From an uncultured virus (IMG/VR IMGVR_UViG_3300028844_003150) (lineage: Duplodnaviria > Heunggongvirae > Uroviricota > Caudoviricetes), in the IMG/VR virus record IMGVR_UViG_3300028844_003150, positions 1 to 64,000 of that record: a stretch of DNA of 64,000 nt. One strand, given 5' to 3'. The translations under genes were made by a program, and so were the position numbers. Shown here one piece after another: positions 1 to 10,794 of the stretch. A model generated the notes under the pieces. It searched no databases. It was not told where the DNA came from and saw only the letters and a list, made by a program, of their open reading frames with translations. Every line of letters starts with the position of its first letter. Position 1 is the stretch's first letter.

Positions 1-319
1 CCAGATCAGGCGCTGGGTAGAAGTCGGGGGTAGTGACAGATGGTACGACGATACCACCCGGCTTATTCGGAGAAGCGAAGGTCAGGTCTGGTTCTGGTGG
101 GGCATCTGGCTTCGCAAACGGAGTTCCCAAACCTTCCGGGATACTTGGGAAATCAATATCTGTGCGGATAGGGGTCAGAGAGATCTCAGACAGATCGTCG
201 AAGAATCCAGAGGTGGCAGTAACCGCTTCGTCTGCGTATGCCTGCCACGTCTTCCAACCATCTGAAACGATGTCCCCAGCAATATGCTGGATTAAACTAC
301 ATTCTGAATCGATGGACAT
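1..319 (-). CDS. Virion-associated protein, partial (runs off the left end)
   Basis: Read manually: AGGAGG RBS, then ATG at 319 (MSIDSECSLIQHIAGDIVSDGWKTWQAYADE...). Open to position 1 and directly downstream of the 1491-aa gene. Not in the ORF track. Confidence 0.7.
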   Translation of the reverse strand, partial: MSIDSECSLIQHIAGDIVSDGWKTWQAYADEAVTATSGFFDDLSEISLTPIRTDIDFPSIPEGLGTPFAKPDAPPEPDLTFASPNKPGGIVVPSVTTPDFYPAPDL

Positions 320-323
320 CTGT

Positions 324-3300
324 CTACACCCTCCTGTTCAATATCATCGGGAACAGTTGCAAACTGCTTATGTCAAAGTCCGCTCCTGACTTGTTAACCA
401 GCTCAAATTGCCAGTATGTGGCTTTCACACCCCTACCGAGTTTGATCCTCGCGCCGGTAGGTGCGTCCGCAGTTCTCGGGGTTAGCTCGTACCAACGCTC
501 AGTTTTGACACCCCCAGAGGTGCTGAGCGTCTTCATAATTAGTGCCCCGTCACTAGTATATCCCAAATAAGCCCTTGGAACTCTCTTATAAAGGTTCGTT
601 CCGAAGTTCGTCATCCCAGATCTGATAACTGCGTCAATGTTTGTACCGTCATCGCTCGCTCCGTTAAGAGCGTAGATAGCAGAGTCGGTAGCACCCAAAT
701 ACGTCTGCCCCATCCTCCCAAAAGAGTTGAATGGGTAATTCGTATACTCAGTAACACCAAGAGACTCTGTATTGAGGACCATGGCTGTGTAGACACCATC
801 CGGGAGAACCAGCGAACCACCGAAGACCACACCGTCATGCAGAGCCTCAATAACGGCCCAGTTCACAGCGATGCTATCGGAGATCTCAGCGGTATCAGAC
901 AGAATCACGTTCAGCCGTGGGGTGAGTACTGAGGCATCTGCAAACAGGGTCGAATCCAGCTGAGAGACTATAGCGTTGTAAACTGCCCCCACGGTCTCTG
1001 CTACTTGTACAGCATCCGTAGCTTCTGCACCTTTACCAGAAGTCGCTATATCGACAAGAACGATTGTTTCAGCCGCGATTATGGCTGCTTTCAACTCATT
1101 TGTTACTAACCCAGAAACAACCAGTGTGTCTGTTAAGATCGCCCCCCGTACTTGTTTCTCGATGGTCGCATCCGCAAAAACTGACCCTTCGATAATTGCT
1201 AAGTTAAAGGCGAGTTTTACAAGCCCACTGATCCGCATACTATCGATCTGGGATTCGTACGCTTTGATCTCACTTATTAGGTCACCGTTTGTGAGTAGAT
1301 ATTCAAATATATGCTTACCAACAACTGAAGCAACGGTATCCGCTCCAATAACTCCTTCAGTAGCAGTTCCGAAAGTCGTACGATCCCCAAACACTTCGTC
1401 GAGGAAATTAATCGCTTCGGCAATGATTTCTTGCTGTCCGGGCACATCGGACATGACCAGCTCATCAACAAAAGAAGCCCCGAGCTGAATAAGCAATGTT
1501 TCTGCTCCTATAAACTCATCCCCAAGTATCTGGTCAGAAACCAGTGGTACCAAGTCTTCAGTCTGGATAGATTCAGAATAGGCTTCCAACACTTCATCTG
1601 CTGTGAGTGCGTAGTCAAAAACGGTAAGTCCATCTAGCCACCCGTCGAAATACGCAGATCCATCATACCCACCGTACACAGCTGTAACGGTATCGACTGG
1701 CACATTTGTGCTGGCGTCAGTTCCGTCTAACAACCCGTCAATGTAAACCTTCATACCAGTAGAAGCGTGCAAAGTTGCACAAATCATATAAACCTTTCCG
1801 GGCAGAACTGTCCCTGTGCTGGTAGCAGTGTGATTGGTTAAGTTCTCATACACCCGGAACTCAACTGTATTGTCTGCCAGTATCTTCAAACTAAGCACGT
1901 TAGTAGCACTAGCCCGCTCCGTATAAATGGGGATTACAGCGCCAGATGTAGTGATGTCTACCAAGCACATTATGGAAAAAGCAGAACCACTCAGAACAGC
2001 AGATGTCCCGAACGTAATGTACTGGTTAGACCCGCGATAAAATCGCATGGAATATGTATCAGGACGAGATCGCACAAGACTGGGTTGTTCAAATGTAGGT
2101 GAACCTACAGCTGTACCGTCGAGTGTACCGACTGAATCAACAATCGTTGTTGGACCTGCATCGTTAAGAGACCAGACATGCTTAGCATTAAGCATGAGGC
2201 CAATAAGACTAAACCCAAACCAACCAAGTCTTGCCCAATGTAGACGTTTTAACTCTTCAGTCCCAAGCTCATAGTTATAGAGTAGTACTTCATCAATGGT
2301 ACCAACGAAGTTTTGTGACCCGGAATCCAAGCTACCAATACATAGACTAGCCGTATTAAGAATAGAATTCGTACCAAGTAAATCAGTAGAAGTTGAATTA
2401 GTTTGAGCTACGTTATCAACATAAATCGTCATCCCAGCAGTTAAGTTAGTGCCGTCGTACGTAACGCATACTTCATGGATATTTCCATCGTTTATGGCAG
2501 AACCAGTAGAAGTGATAGATATACCAGTACCAGCTCCAGCACTGTAAATCTGGAACGTGATAATACCGTTCGCCATCTCAACATTTATACCTTGGTTAGA
2601 ACCAGTCGTATCCATCTTGCTAACGAGGGTATACGTACCTGTACCAGATGTCTGGATGAGCATCCATATGCTGAATTCATGGTAATAATCAACAGTCCAT
2701 ACGCTGTTAAGATCTGCGTAATTAGTACCAGTAAAGGTAACGCATTTGTTATTGTCGTTTACAAGTAACCCAGCTACGTTGAGTGTTGGCGATCCCACAT
2801 ATGAGCCGTTGTACCGACTCATAAAGTCACCACATGTGGTGCCGCCATCTTCTCCCAATCTAAAATATGCAGCAGGAGCTAAATGCAGCGCATGGAAACT
2901 GAATCCACCTTTTGATTCTGTTCTACCACGTGTGTTGTGCTTTCTAAAGAAGTGCCGCTGTTCATCTTGAGTAATTCCAGTGTGATGAAGAACTGCTAAC
3001 TCGTCCATTACACCATTAAGAAATTTATTAGCCCAAGCACCGTTACGATAGGAACAACCAAAATACATGTTATCTACAAGAGACCACGGAAGACTCCAAG
3101 TACAATTTTGGGAAGGTACCTTTAAACCATCAATCCATGCTTCTATATTACTATTTTGAAAAGTACCTCCTGAATCAAAAATAACTACATGATGTGGTTT
3201 TCCGTCGTTTAATTGACTTAGCTCTGGGTTGCCAGTACCAAGACGCAAATATACAGTGTGGTCGTGATTAGCAACAGTAAGCTCACCAGTCGCAAACTCA

Positions 3301-4799
3301 TTGATATGTACTGTACATATCGAAGTGTTGCCAGTATCCATCGCCGCCCATAGTCCACTCGCAGCAGTAGTCGTAGTAACAAACCAAAATTCAAATGCTA
3401 TTCTCCCATTACTACCAAACTGTAGAAAACGGAAAGAGTTACGACCAAGATGATTTACACCATCAAAAGCCCATGCTTGCCCTGCAGGATCTAATACCAA
3501 TGAACTCGCATTATTACCATTGGCAGTACCGAATAACGTAGCAGGACTTAACCCTTGGTTATAAGGAATCGCTTTGTCTGGTTCTACATCGGTTAAAGGG
3601 GGTGCAGATGCAATGCTTTCATTTAATCTATGGTAGTTATGCGGGTTGCTGAGTAAAACTTCCATAGCATAGCCAGTATTACTTTCACTGGCATAATACA
3701 TTTGCTTCTCTTCTTCATAGGTGAACTCGTAATCAAATAACGATATCTCAGTCAATTCACCATCAAAATATGTTCCCGCCGCATTTATAGCACCAATGCA
3801 AGGGGTACCAGTATTTGATACGGTACCTAGAGTACCAGTAGCAACGTTTGTTTTTGTTCGCACAAAACCATCAACGTATATATTCATCCCCGCAACGGTG
3901 CCACTACCGCTATACGTTATAACTGCGTGGTGCCACGCATCATCATTCACCACTATTGAACTCTCGTAGACTTCAATAGCGTTTGCTACAACGGTACCCC
4001 CAACAATACGGAATGCCAGATAGCCATCACTCCGCACATATACTTCCCATCCTCTGGAATACGCAGCTCCTTCTTTCTTGCTTATGATGCAGCCATCCGC
4101 AACCATCGCGGTCTTTAAACAAAACGAAATACTGAATGCGTCTGAAGCCCCGAAATCAAATATCCCGACATCTGGAAGTGTTACATGCTGGTCTATACCG
4201 TCGAATGTTACTGCGTCACTACCGTCTACATGCCCCGTAACTTCACGAGTGGGGTCATTCACATACGTACCCATGTTTCGGAATGTTTCATCGAAACACA
4301 GATCTACTACATTAAAAACTTTGACTTCTGAATTAGTCCATGTAAGAGAATCGAAAGCAGCGACTGGTGTGTACACAATGCCATCTTCTGAGTGCTCTAT
4401 AACGAAGGAGCCGGGAGAATTAGATACACCAGCAGTATTACTCGCAGTAATAGCTATTTCCGCAACAACAACGCCCGGAGTAAACTCGTACCCAATACTC
4501 TCATTTTCAAAGTAACTAGCCGTAGATACCCAGTTAGTAGTCGTATTACCATCGAAAGCGTTGTCAACCCCAGTACCGGATGTTGCGAACGCAGTACCAC
4601 CCGTACACTGGTCAGCCCCACTGACAGTGGCACGCATCTCAATGTTGGCAATCTTAATGTCGTTGCCCCCACCGCTTAGCCCAGTTACACGGATACGCCA
4701 ATACGGATATGCATTAGCACTAGGTTGCTTAGGATCAGACAGACGCCAGTACCCAAGTGGGTACTTCTGCATAGATACATATTTAGCATTTAATGGCAT
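324..4799 (-). CDS. Large virion/tail protein with an N-terminal discoidin-like domain and ~4 LamG/concanavalin-like repeats (putative receptor-binding protein)
   Basis: Repeated LamG signatures (YWRL/YHRLNE/YFRLGE/VWSLND; WHHAVITY..IYVDG; F.G..DE...Y) in a 1491-aa ORF within the structural arm. Confidence 0.8.
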   Translation of the reverse strand: MPLNAKYVSMQKYPLGYWRLSDPKQPSANAYPYWRIRVTGLSGGGNDIKIANIEMRATVSGADQCTGGTAFATSGTGVDNAFDGNTTTNWVSTASYFENESIGYEFTPGVVVAEIAITASNTAGVSNSPGSFVIEHSEDGIVYTPVAAFDSLTWTNSEVKVFNVVDLCFDETFRNMGTYVNDPTREVTGHVDGSDAVTFDGIDQHVTLPDVGIFDFGASDAFSISFCLKTAMVADGCIISKKEGAAYSRGWEVYVRSDGYLAFRIVGGTVVANAIEVYESSIVVNDDAWHHAVITYSGSGTVAGMNIYVDGFVRTKTNVATGTLGTVSNTGTPCIGAINAAGTYFDGELTEISLFDYEFTYEEEKQMYYASESNTGYAMEVLLSNPHNYHRLNESIASAPPLTDVEPDKAIPYNQGLSPATLFGTANGNNASSLVLDPAGQAWAFDGVNHLGRNSFRFLQFGSNGRIAFEFWFVTTTTAASGLWAAMDTGNTSICTVHINEFATGELTVANHDHTVYLRLGTGNPELSQLNDGKPHHVVIFDSGGTFQNSNIEAWIDGLKVPSQNCTWSLPWSLVDNMYFGCSYRNGAWANKFLNGVMDELAVLHHTGITQDEQRHFFRKHNTRGRTESKGGFSFHALHLAPAAYFRLGEDGGTTCGDFMSRYNGSYVGSPTLNVAGLLVNDNNKCVTFTGTNYADLNSVWTVDYYHEFSIWMLIQTSGTGTYTLVSKMDTTGSNQGINVEMANGIITFQIYSAGAGTGISITSTGSAINDGNIHEVCVTYDGTNLTAGMTIYVDNVAQTNSTSTDLLGTNSILNTASLCIGSLDSGSQNFVGTIDEVLLYNYELGTEELKRLHWARLGWFGFSLIGLMLNAKHVWSLNDAGPTTIVDSVGTLDGTAVGSPTFEQPSLVRSRPDTYSMRFYRGSNQYITFGTSAVLSGSAFSIMCLVDITTSGAVIPIYTERASATNVLSLKILADNTVEFRVYENLTNHTATSTGTVLPGKVYMICATLHASTGMKVYIDGLLDGTDASTNVPVDTVTAVYGGYDGSAYFDGWLDGLTVFDYALTADEVLEAYSESIQTEDLVPLVSDQILGDEFIGAETLLIQLGASFVDELVMSDVPGQQEIIAEAINFLDEVFGDRTTFGTATEGVIGADTVASVVGKHIFEYLLTNGDLISEIKAYESQIDSMRISGLVKLAFNLAIIEGSVFADATIEKQVRGAILTDTLVVSGLVTNELKAAIIAAETIVLVDIATSGKGAEATDAVQVAETVGAVYNAIVSQLDSTLFADASVLTPRLNVILSDTAEISDSIAVNWAVIEALHDGVVFGGSLVLPDGVYTAMVLNTESLGVTEYTNYPFNSFGRMGQTYLGATDSAIYALNGASDDGTNIDAVIRSGMTNFGTNLYKRVPRAYLGYTSDGALIMKTLSTSGGVKTERWYELTPRTADAPTGARIKLGRGVKATYWQFELVNKSGADFDISSLQLFPMILNRRV

Positions 4800-4804
4800 A
4801 ACTA

Positions 4805-7135
4805 TTACCTGTAATAAGGTGCGCCTACGAAGCCAACAGGGTATTTCGAAAACTCAGAAGTAAATTCTCCATTGAGATTTTCCTGTATGGCCGTTATTCC
4901 AACATCGGGTAATGAGAACACCCAACGATCAACAAAGGTATCGAATGCAGACACTACACCCTGAACACCATAGTTCTCACTACTCTCCCTAAATGGGTTC
5001 GCTTCGTTGATTTCTGCATCTGAAAACACGACTAGTGTGCCATGCGGAGTAACCAACCCACCAGTCTGTGAGTAATTATATTCTTCGTACGGATCTTCAT
5101 TCGGTGGCTTTGCTGTATTCGGTAAAGTACCGGGGGTCATCCAACAAGGCCAAGGCTCATTAGCACCACCCGGATCTCGAACACCACAGTCTATGGGGTT
5201 CCCAGTCTCATATTCTGACGAAATATTTATTTCGAAGCCCCAATAAGTAACGCTCCCATAAGAACCAACTACCTGCGCTTCTGTACCTGCTGGAGGGGGG
5301 CAAGCAGTAATACCCGGATCACATGGACCGATGTTGCCATCCCCTCGTGATCTACCGACAGTACCGTCGTAATAAAAATTCTTTTCCCAAGTCTTCGTCG
5401 CTTCAGTTTTAGATTCTGAATATGACTTGAAATGGTAATACGCTAACCGTTCAAAACTGGGGATAACTATTACGTTAGCTGTATCAGCAGCCATATTACC
5501 AGCCACTGTGGCTACCATCTGGTCATACGGTTTGAGCATAATTCTACGAGGCCCGCCCGGAGTTGACCTTGTTAACCAGTACCCAGAAGCGTGCCACCCA
5601 CCAAGGAAATTACCAGCACTCTGGAAGAACTCAGCTCCCGCAAAATTATATACCTCGTCAGCTGCATCAGTAACATCAGATATAAACCCATGTGCCCCAT
5701 TATCAGCGCCCGTTCCACAACGCCCATATGTGCACTGGGAATAATCAAATGATGCGGGGTATCCGTGATTAGTAACATATGAATCTCTGCGACAGGCAAT
5801 TGCATCCGCCCAACCAGTCCATACTCCGCACGAGCCATCGTCAAAATCTGAAAGAGCTGTATAGGTATAGCTCACTACACGTTCTACATCATCAAGCCCA
5901 ATATAAGAATACATCGGGGCAGTGTAACTATTGGAAGGCTGCGTCCCTTTAAATCCATCATCTGCCCTCCAGAAATAAAAACTCTCCAGCTCTCCAATCG
6001 TATTGGGCACCTTAATCTGGTCACTAGCACTATCAAATAAAAATAACTTTTCGCCAAACCCAACAATGGATATCACGTATTCCTGAATGAACATACGGAA
6101 TTGCTGGGACTTAAAATTACGCCCCTCTGGATAGTTCGTAGTTATCCCGGTAAATGTGCCCTGTGTCCCCGCAGAATTAAATGACCACCCATAATCTCCC
6201 AGAGCTTCAAACGCACCGATGTGCGTAGCGTAATCCTCCGGGGTCATTAACTTGAATGTAACTTCCGGCAGACCCGGCTGTGGGTTTAGCGCATCGTACT
6301 CAGCCTTGGTGTACTCCTGCCGAGTATCATCGAACGAAGTTTGGTATGAAAAGAACCCAGCCTCTTCGAACTCCGGAGGGATGCTACCGCGCTTCAAGCC
6401 ATTATCGTCCTCGAAACGATCCTCGTCATAATCACCCATTAGCTGCATACGTACACCATTAGTCACGGTATACAACCAAACTCTGGTCTTACCGCTGGGT
6501 AGCGTTTCTAGCCGTATAAAGTCAGTCTTGCCATCGAACTGGGGGTACAGTCCCATACCAAGCTGCAGCTGTACTAATTTACGGAGCTGGCCAGAGAACT
6601 GGCCGGGAGTTAAACCAGTAAGCCATCGCTCAGGAGCACTGTTGAGCGCAAACCACGGTGCTTCTGTAAGTCCTAACTCTGTATCGTAGTCGTTGTACAT
6701 CCACCGATTAGGTGGCATTGGTGGGTCAACTTTAGCGCCATCTATGGAAGACCCAAGTCCCTTGTCGAGGTTCTGATCCGCATTAAACAGTTCATAGTTA
6801 GAAGGCCAGTATCGCAGATACCAATCCAGCGATGCTGGGTTATATCTGGGTTCGAACATACCACTGTAGAGCTTAGTGGTTTTCAGCTGTTCTTCTCCAC
6901 CGATTAATGGTACGAAGATTTCTATAATGTCGTAGCCGGGGAGAGCAGTGACCTTAATAGTCTTCTCTTTATCCCGGTACTGATACACGGGATTCTTGTA
7001 CTGCCCCAATTTCTCGTTGCGCTCGATCATATTCGAGAGCAACTTACGAGCGAATTTCAGGTGATGGATACCCTTGTCCTTATCTCCCCGATAAATAGTC
7101 TGTTCGGGTTTGAACTCATTCATCGAAATAATCAA
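4805..7135 (-). CDS. Putative virion structural/tail protein
   Basis: 776-aa ORF tightly packed in the tail operon; no recognisable catalytic motif. Confidence 0.55.
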   Translation of the reverse strand: MIISMNEFKPEQTIYRGDKDKGIHHLKFARKLLSNMIERNEKLGQYKNPVYQYRDKEKTIKVTALPGYDIIEIFVPLIGGEEQLKTTKLYSGMFEPRYNPASLDWYLRYWPSNYELFNADQNLDKGLGSSIDGAKVDPPMPPNRWMYNDYDTELGLTEAPWFALNSAPERWLTGLTPGQFSGQLRKLVQLQLGMGLYPQFDGKTDFIRLETLPSGKTRVWLYTVTNGVRMQLMGDYDEDRFEDDNGLKRGSIPPEFEEAGFFSYQTSFDDTRQEYTKAEYDALNPQPGLPEVTFKLMTPEDYATHIGAFEALGDYGWSFNSAGTQGTFTGITTNYPEGRNFKSQQFRMFIQEYVISIVGFGEKLFLFDSASDQIKVPNTIGELESFYFWRADDGFKGTQPSNSYTAPMYSYIGLDDVERVVSYTYTALSDFDDGSCGVWTGWADAIACRRDSYVTNHGYPASFDYSQCTYGRCGTGADNGAHGFISDVTDAADEVYNFAGAEFFQSAGNFLGGWHASGYWLTRSTPGGPRRIMLKPYDQMVATVAGNMAADTANVIVIPSFERLAYYHFKSYSESKTEATKTWEKNFYYDGTVGRSRGDGNIGPCDPGITACPPPAGTEAQVVGSYGSVTYWGFEINISSEYETGNPIDCGVRDPGGANEPWPCWMTPGTLPNTAKPPNEDPYEEYNYSQTGGLVTPHGTLVVFSDAEINEANPFRESSENYGVQGVVSAFDTFVDRWVFSLPDVGITAIQENLNGEFTSEFSKYPVGFVGAPYYR

Positions 7136-7724
7136 TAAAGCCGGTATCTATAGCAATAGCAATTTCACGATCTGAACCATTAGCTATATCATTTAAACCA
7201 ACCATCATCTTATCCATGACATGTTCATACGCTGCCATAGAGTCATTGATTAGTTTGTATATATCCTGATACGGGATCTCAACAGAGATATGCTGCTTAT
7301 CAGGAGTCCTTGCTATACAACGACAATGTTGCTTAGTTTCAAGGCAGTTTAATCTATGGATTTGTTCAAGGTAATGATTAGAGAAAAAGAGCGGCTCTCC
7401 ACACACACTAGAAGCAAAGTCACGTTCAGCGAAACGCCGCGCCATATCGCGCAGCAAACCAATAGCGTATTGAGCCTGCCCAGCTACTGGGCCGCGTTGA
7501 GGTACCTTGGCAATTATTCCGCGTTCAGGAAGAAACAATAAGCCAAAAGGTGCACCAACCCGCGTTTCGATGTCCACAGGGAACCACCCATAACGCGCAA
7601 CGTCTTTCGGTCCTAAATGATGAAAACCAACAACGTTGCCCCAGTTATGGGGCAACGTTCTAGGTCCATCGAGGATCTTACCGGTCTTTGTATCTACCCG
7701 GCAATATTGTGGACTAGTATCCAC
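7116..7724 (-). CDS. Hypothetical protein (possible tail assembly chaperone)
   Basis: 202-aa ORF coupled to both neighbours. Confidence 0.45.
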   Translation of the reverse strand: MDTSPQYCRVDTKTGKILDGPRTLPHNWGNVVGFHHLGPKDVARYGWFPVDIETRVGAPFGLLFLPERGIIAKVPQRGPVAGQAQYAIGLLRDMARRFAERDFASSVCGEPLFFSNHYLEQIHRLNCLETKQHCRCIARTPDKQHISVEIPYQDIYKLINDSMAAYEHVMDKMMVGLNDIANGSDREIAIAIDTGFIDYFDE

Positions 7725-7726
7725 AT

Positions 7727-8347
7727 TTACGTTGAGCTGCTGGCATTGATCGTATAGGTCACGAGCAAGTCATCACCTGCACTCAAAGCACGGGCTGTGG
7801 TGAACAACGATGCCGCCAACAGGCGACCAGCTGCATTAGAAGTTTCGCCCAACGTTGCTACGGACAGAACAGCAGCACCGTAAACGGTAGCAGACTGCCC
7901 AGTATCAATCGTAAACGTCGCCTTGGAGCTAGAATTACTGATGCTCTGAGCTGTACTCGGGCCATTAACCGTATAGGCAGGACGCGAGGAACCCGTGATC
8001 TGAACAGCAGTGATCTCAGTGGCGTTGGTGGGGTAGTTCTCGTAATCCCACGTTGCCTGCGGGGCTTGGTTGGCTGTGTATACCGAAACGAACCATGGAT
8101 AGACCGGAGTTTCCGAGTTCTGCCCAAAGATAGCGTCCAAGAATACTTTATTCAGCGCCTCGTCAACGATCTTGTTGTGACTCTGCTCTGCAGGAGCAAT
8201 GCACTCACCGTTGCGCCAAACTTCTGATTCAAACACACCACCGATGGAGACTCTCTGTCTCGGCAGGTATAGTCCACCTTGGTCGTCCTGTTCGTACTGC
8301 CCATTACCAATGGCACGGGCAAATTCTCTTTCATGTTTAGGGTTCAC
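7727..8347 (-). CDS. Virion structural (tail fibre/collar-like) protein
   Basis: HNKIVDEALN...SNSSSKATFTI...TVYGAAV...GDDLLVTYTI pattern typical of small phage structural beta proteins; GGAGG RBS. Confidence 0.6.
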   Translation of the reverse strand: MNPKHEREFARAIGNGQYEQDDQGGLYLPRQRVSIGGVFESEVWRNGECIAPAEQSHNKIVDEALNKVFLDAIFGQNSETPVYPWFVSVYTANQAPQATWDYENYPTNATEITAVQITGSSRPAYTVNGPSTAQSISNSSSKATFTIDTGQSATVYGAAVLSVATLGETSNAAGRLLAASLFTTARALSAGDDLLVTYTINASSST

Positions 8348-8359
8348 TTGAACACCTCC

Positions 8360-9652
8360 TCAGTTGATTAAAACACCATTCCTACGAACTTCTGCGGTTG
8401 CATAATCCGTAACACCAAAGCCAGTCTGATCGCCCTTATCTGTCAGGGAGGTGACTAACTGCCTGATGCCGTCCTCTTCTCTGAGAAGCGAAGCACCCTT
8501 ACCATATTCGGATATTGCGACACGATCTTCAGTGATGGGGTGTACATTCCCGTTTGGATACCCCAACACAGCTCCTTTCGTCGAATACCAGAAAGCGACG
8601 TCTTCCTTGGCTGAATCCGAAATAAGGTCATTTTCAGCTATGAATTTAGTATGGGGTACTTCCATCCCGGTCCCGCGTACGCCGGGGTATGGATACACAA
8701 CATCCTGTTTCATTTCAGCAGGGTTGGTACCGGCCAAGAAGTACGTCTTATCTGCAGTGACGTACACACCATCTTCCACTGGTTGCACAATGTCGATATC
8801 AGCAGGGAATTGAAAATAAGTGAAGCGCGGGTCATACAACCCGTATCGCAAGGCGGGGGAGAAGATGAGGAGATTCCCCCGTGCTACCCATAAACGACCA
8901 TGCCCGTACCGGACAATATGTCCCGCAGGCATACGCTCCAAAAACTGTGTCTCCAGTTTCCGCCCCTGTTTCAGGGAGGTGAAGGAGTACGTAGTTTCCC
9001 CCATGGGGATATTCGCCTGCCAGTAGAGCTGATCGCCCCCGGCAGTGGACACATACACATTCACGGAGGAAGCAGTGCTCTGGGGGATATTCATTAGCTG
9101 AATTCCCCCACCCGCTGGTACCGTAATAGGCATGGCTAAAATGGAGCCGGACTCTTCACCGAAGGGATTCAGGTAGGTAACTGCGACCTGATATTCACCT
9201 TCGTCTAAAGAACCGGCGATCTGCATAAGCAACGGCTGACCAAGTGGGGCATCTACCCCCCAGTCTGCATGGGCACCGTCGCTGTCGATAATTCCTGAAT
9301 TATCACCGTTGCTGTAATAGATCAGCTTATTAATCTCGGCGTAACTGATTGGATTGTCCGGATCAAGACCCGTACGGATATTGGTAGCTGTGAAATCAGG
9401 ATGCAGCTGCTTCAGCGCCTGCCCCTGCATAAACACGGTGAGCTGGCCTGCTGTGAAGAGGCTGTGGACAGTCTCCCCGCCGCTGTCATACACAGAAGTG
9501 TACCCCTTGCGCCGGGATGGTTCGCCAGAGTTCGTGATATCTACATTGAGAAGTTCGCGAGCAGAGTTTTCAGGAAGGTCTGTTTCATGTGAAACATTGT
9601 TCTTACCTTTTGGGAATCGCAAATCAATAAGAGGTTTATCATCCTTTATCAC
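8360..9652 (-). CDS. Podovirus tail nozzle / tubular protein B-like protein
   Basis: FPKGKNNV...ARELLNVDITNSG...RRKGY N-terminus and beta-propeller-like composition; position after the adaptor. Confidence 0.65.
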   Translation of the reverse strand: MIKDDKPLIDLRFPKGKNNVSHETDLPENSARELLNVDITNSGEPSRRKGYTSVYDSGGETVHSLFTAGQLTVFMQGQALKQLHPDFTATNIRTGLDPDNPISYAEINKLIYYSNGDNSGIIDSDGAHADWGVDAPLGQPLLMQIAGSLDEGEYQVAVTYLNPFGEESGSILAMPITVPAGGGIQLMNIPQSTASSVNVYVSTAGGDQLYWQANIPMGETTYSFTSLKQGRKLETQFLERMPAGHIVRYGHGRLWVARGNLLIFSPALRYGLYDPRFTYFQFPADIDIVQPVEDGVYVTADKTYFLAGTNPAEMKQDVVYPYPGVRGTGMEVPHTKFIAENDLISDSAKEDVAFWYSTKGAVLGYPNGNVHPITEDRVAISEYGKGASLLREEDGIRQLVTSLTDKGDQTGFGVTDYATAEVRRNGVLIN

Positions 9653-10351
9653 TTAGATTCCCCCGTATGCGACTACCTGTGCTCCACGGTTTTTACGTTT
9701 GGCTTGCCTGTCTGCGTCGTTGAGGAACATTTCCCAGCGCCTCTCCCACACATCAGAGCGTCCGTTATCGTTGGTATCTACGTCATCCTTGCGGTATGCG
9801 TAGGCCTTTACTTTGTGCAGCAGCTTCTTGCGAAACTGACCGGGGATCTCCATGACCGTCTGGTCCATGGGTTCCCTGTACACATCCAGCTTAATCTCTT
9901 CGGTAGCTACTTCGCCATCGACAGCTGGGGGTATTGGTACAAGGCGGACATATCCTGTGGCGTAGTCCGTGAGGATGTAATCTGGCTCACCCTCGGCAGT
10001 TTCCCAGTTACCGAAATCAAATGAGAGTGCTCCGTTTTGATATCGACGTTCAAGCTCTGCGACGCTAATAGCAGGTAGATGCCTACCGTCTGCGCCAACG
10101 CCGCGTCGTACCTTCGTGATGCGTTCATCAAGTGCATACAAATCCTGTTGTTCGACAGTGTCGATTTTAAATGAGGACCTGTCGAATAACAGATCGAGTC
10201 TCTCGCAGATTTCCTTTTGTGCTTCGCCCAGCCACTCAGTGATCTCTGCGTTAGACCATAAAGAGTCTGAATCATCCCCGTTGCCGGGGAGTTCAGGATC
10301 GCTCATCTCTAAACGGAAATGAGCTATCAATTCGTCAGTATCAAGTGCCAT
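9653..10351 (-). CDS. Head-tail adaptor (tubular protein A-like)
   Basis: LI..FR..MSD...LWS..EI..WL.EAQ.EIC and RLVPIP motifs; position downstream of the capsid genes. Confidence 0.7.
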   Translation of the reverse strand: MALDTDELIAHFRLEMSDPELPGNGDDSDSLWSNAEITEWLGEAQKEICERLDLLFDRSSFKIDTVEQQDLYALDERITKVRRGVGADGRHLPAISVAELERRYQNGALSFDFGNWETAEGEPDYILTDYATGYVRLVPIPPAVDGEVATEEIKLDVYREPMDQTVMEIPGQFRKKLLHKVKAYAYRKDDVDTNDNGRSDVWERRWEMFLNDADRQAKRKNRGAQVVAYGGI

Positions 10352-10730
10352 TTGCTCTTGCCGACATTACCTTCATCCAGATAGTATTGATCTCCTTACG
10401 ATCAACGTCGTATCCAACGATGCTCTTGATCGGTTCGAGTTTTGGTTTACTACCCGGCGTAAAATCTTCAGGGTTATTCTTCTCCGCCAGCTTCACGCAA
10501 GCATCAAAGATTTCCTGTTCCCGTTGAAACCCCACTGATGGGGCCTTGATCTGCGGTGGCTCATCGACAAGGATCTTCTGTTCCTGCTTGTCTGCGAATA
10601 CCGCTCCAATTGCAATAGCTTCATCTACAGCCATCTGAGGGACGTTGATCTCTTCGTTGGCCTTGAAGTCGATGACGGCTCCAAAACGTGAACGCAGAGT
10701 AAACGTACGTGGCATATACATAAGGCTCAT
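10341..10730 (-). CDS. Hypothetical head-module protein
   Basis: 129-aa ORF with GAGG RBS; DFTPGSKPK...IVGYDV motif. Confidence 0.55.
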   Translation of the reverse strand: MSLMYMPRTFTLRSRFGAVIDFKANEEINVPQMAVDEAIAIGAVFADKQEQKILVDEPPQIKAPSVGFQREQEIFDACVKLAEKNNPEDFTPGSKPKLEPIKSIVGYDVDRKEINTIWMKVMSARANGT

Positions 10731-10757
10731 AGGATTACCTCTCGTTATTGTAAGGAT

Positions 10758-10777
10758 GGGGGGTCCGAAGACCCCCC
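10758..10777 (-). terminator. Hairpin downstream of the capsid/decoration genes (putative terminator or stabiliser)
   Basis: Minus strand GGGGGGTC-TTCG-GACCCCCC: 8-bp stem with a C(UUCG)G tetraloop; weak U-tract. Confidence 0.65.
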
Positions 10778-10794
10778 GATTTACCGGCTAGTGT

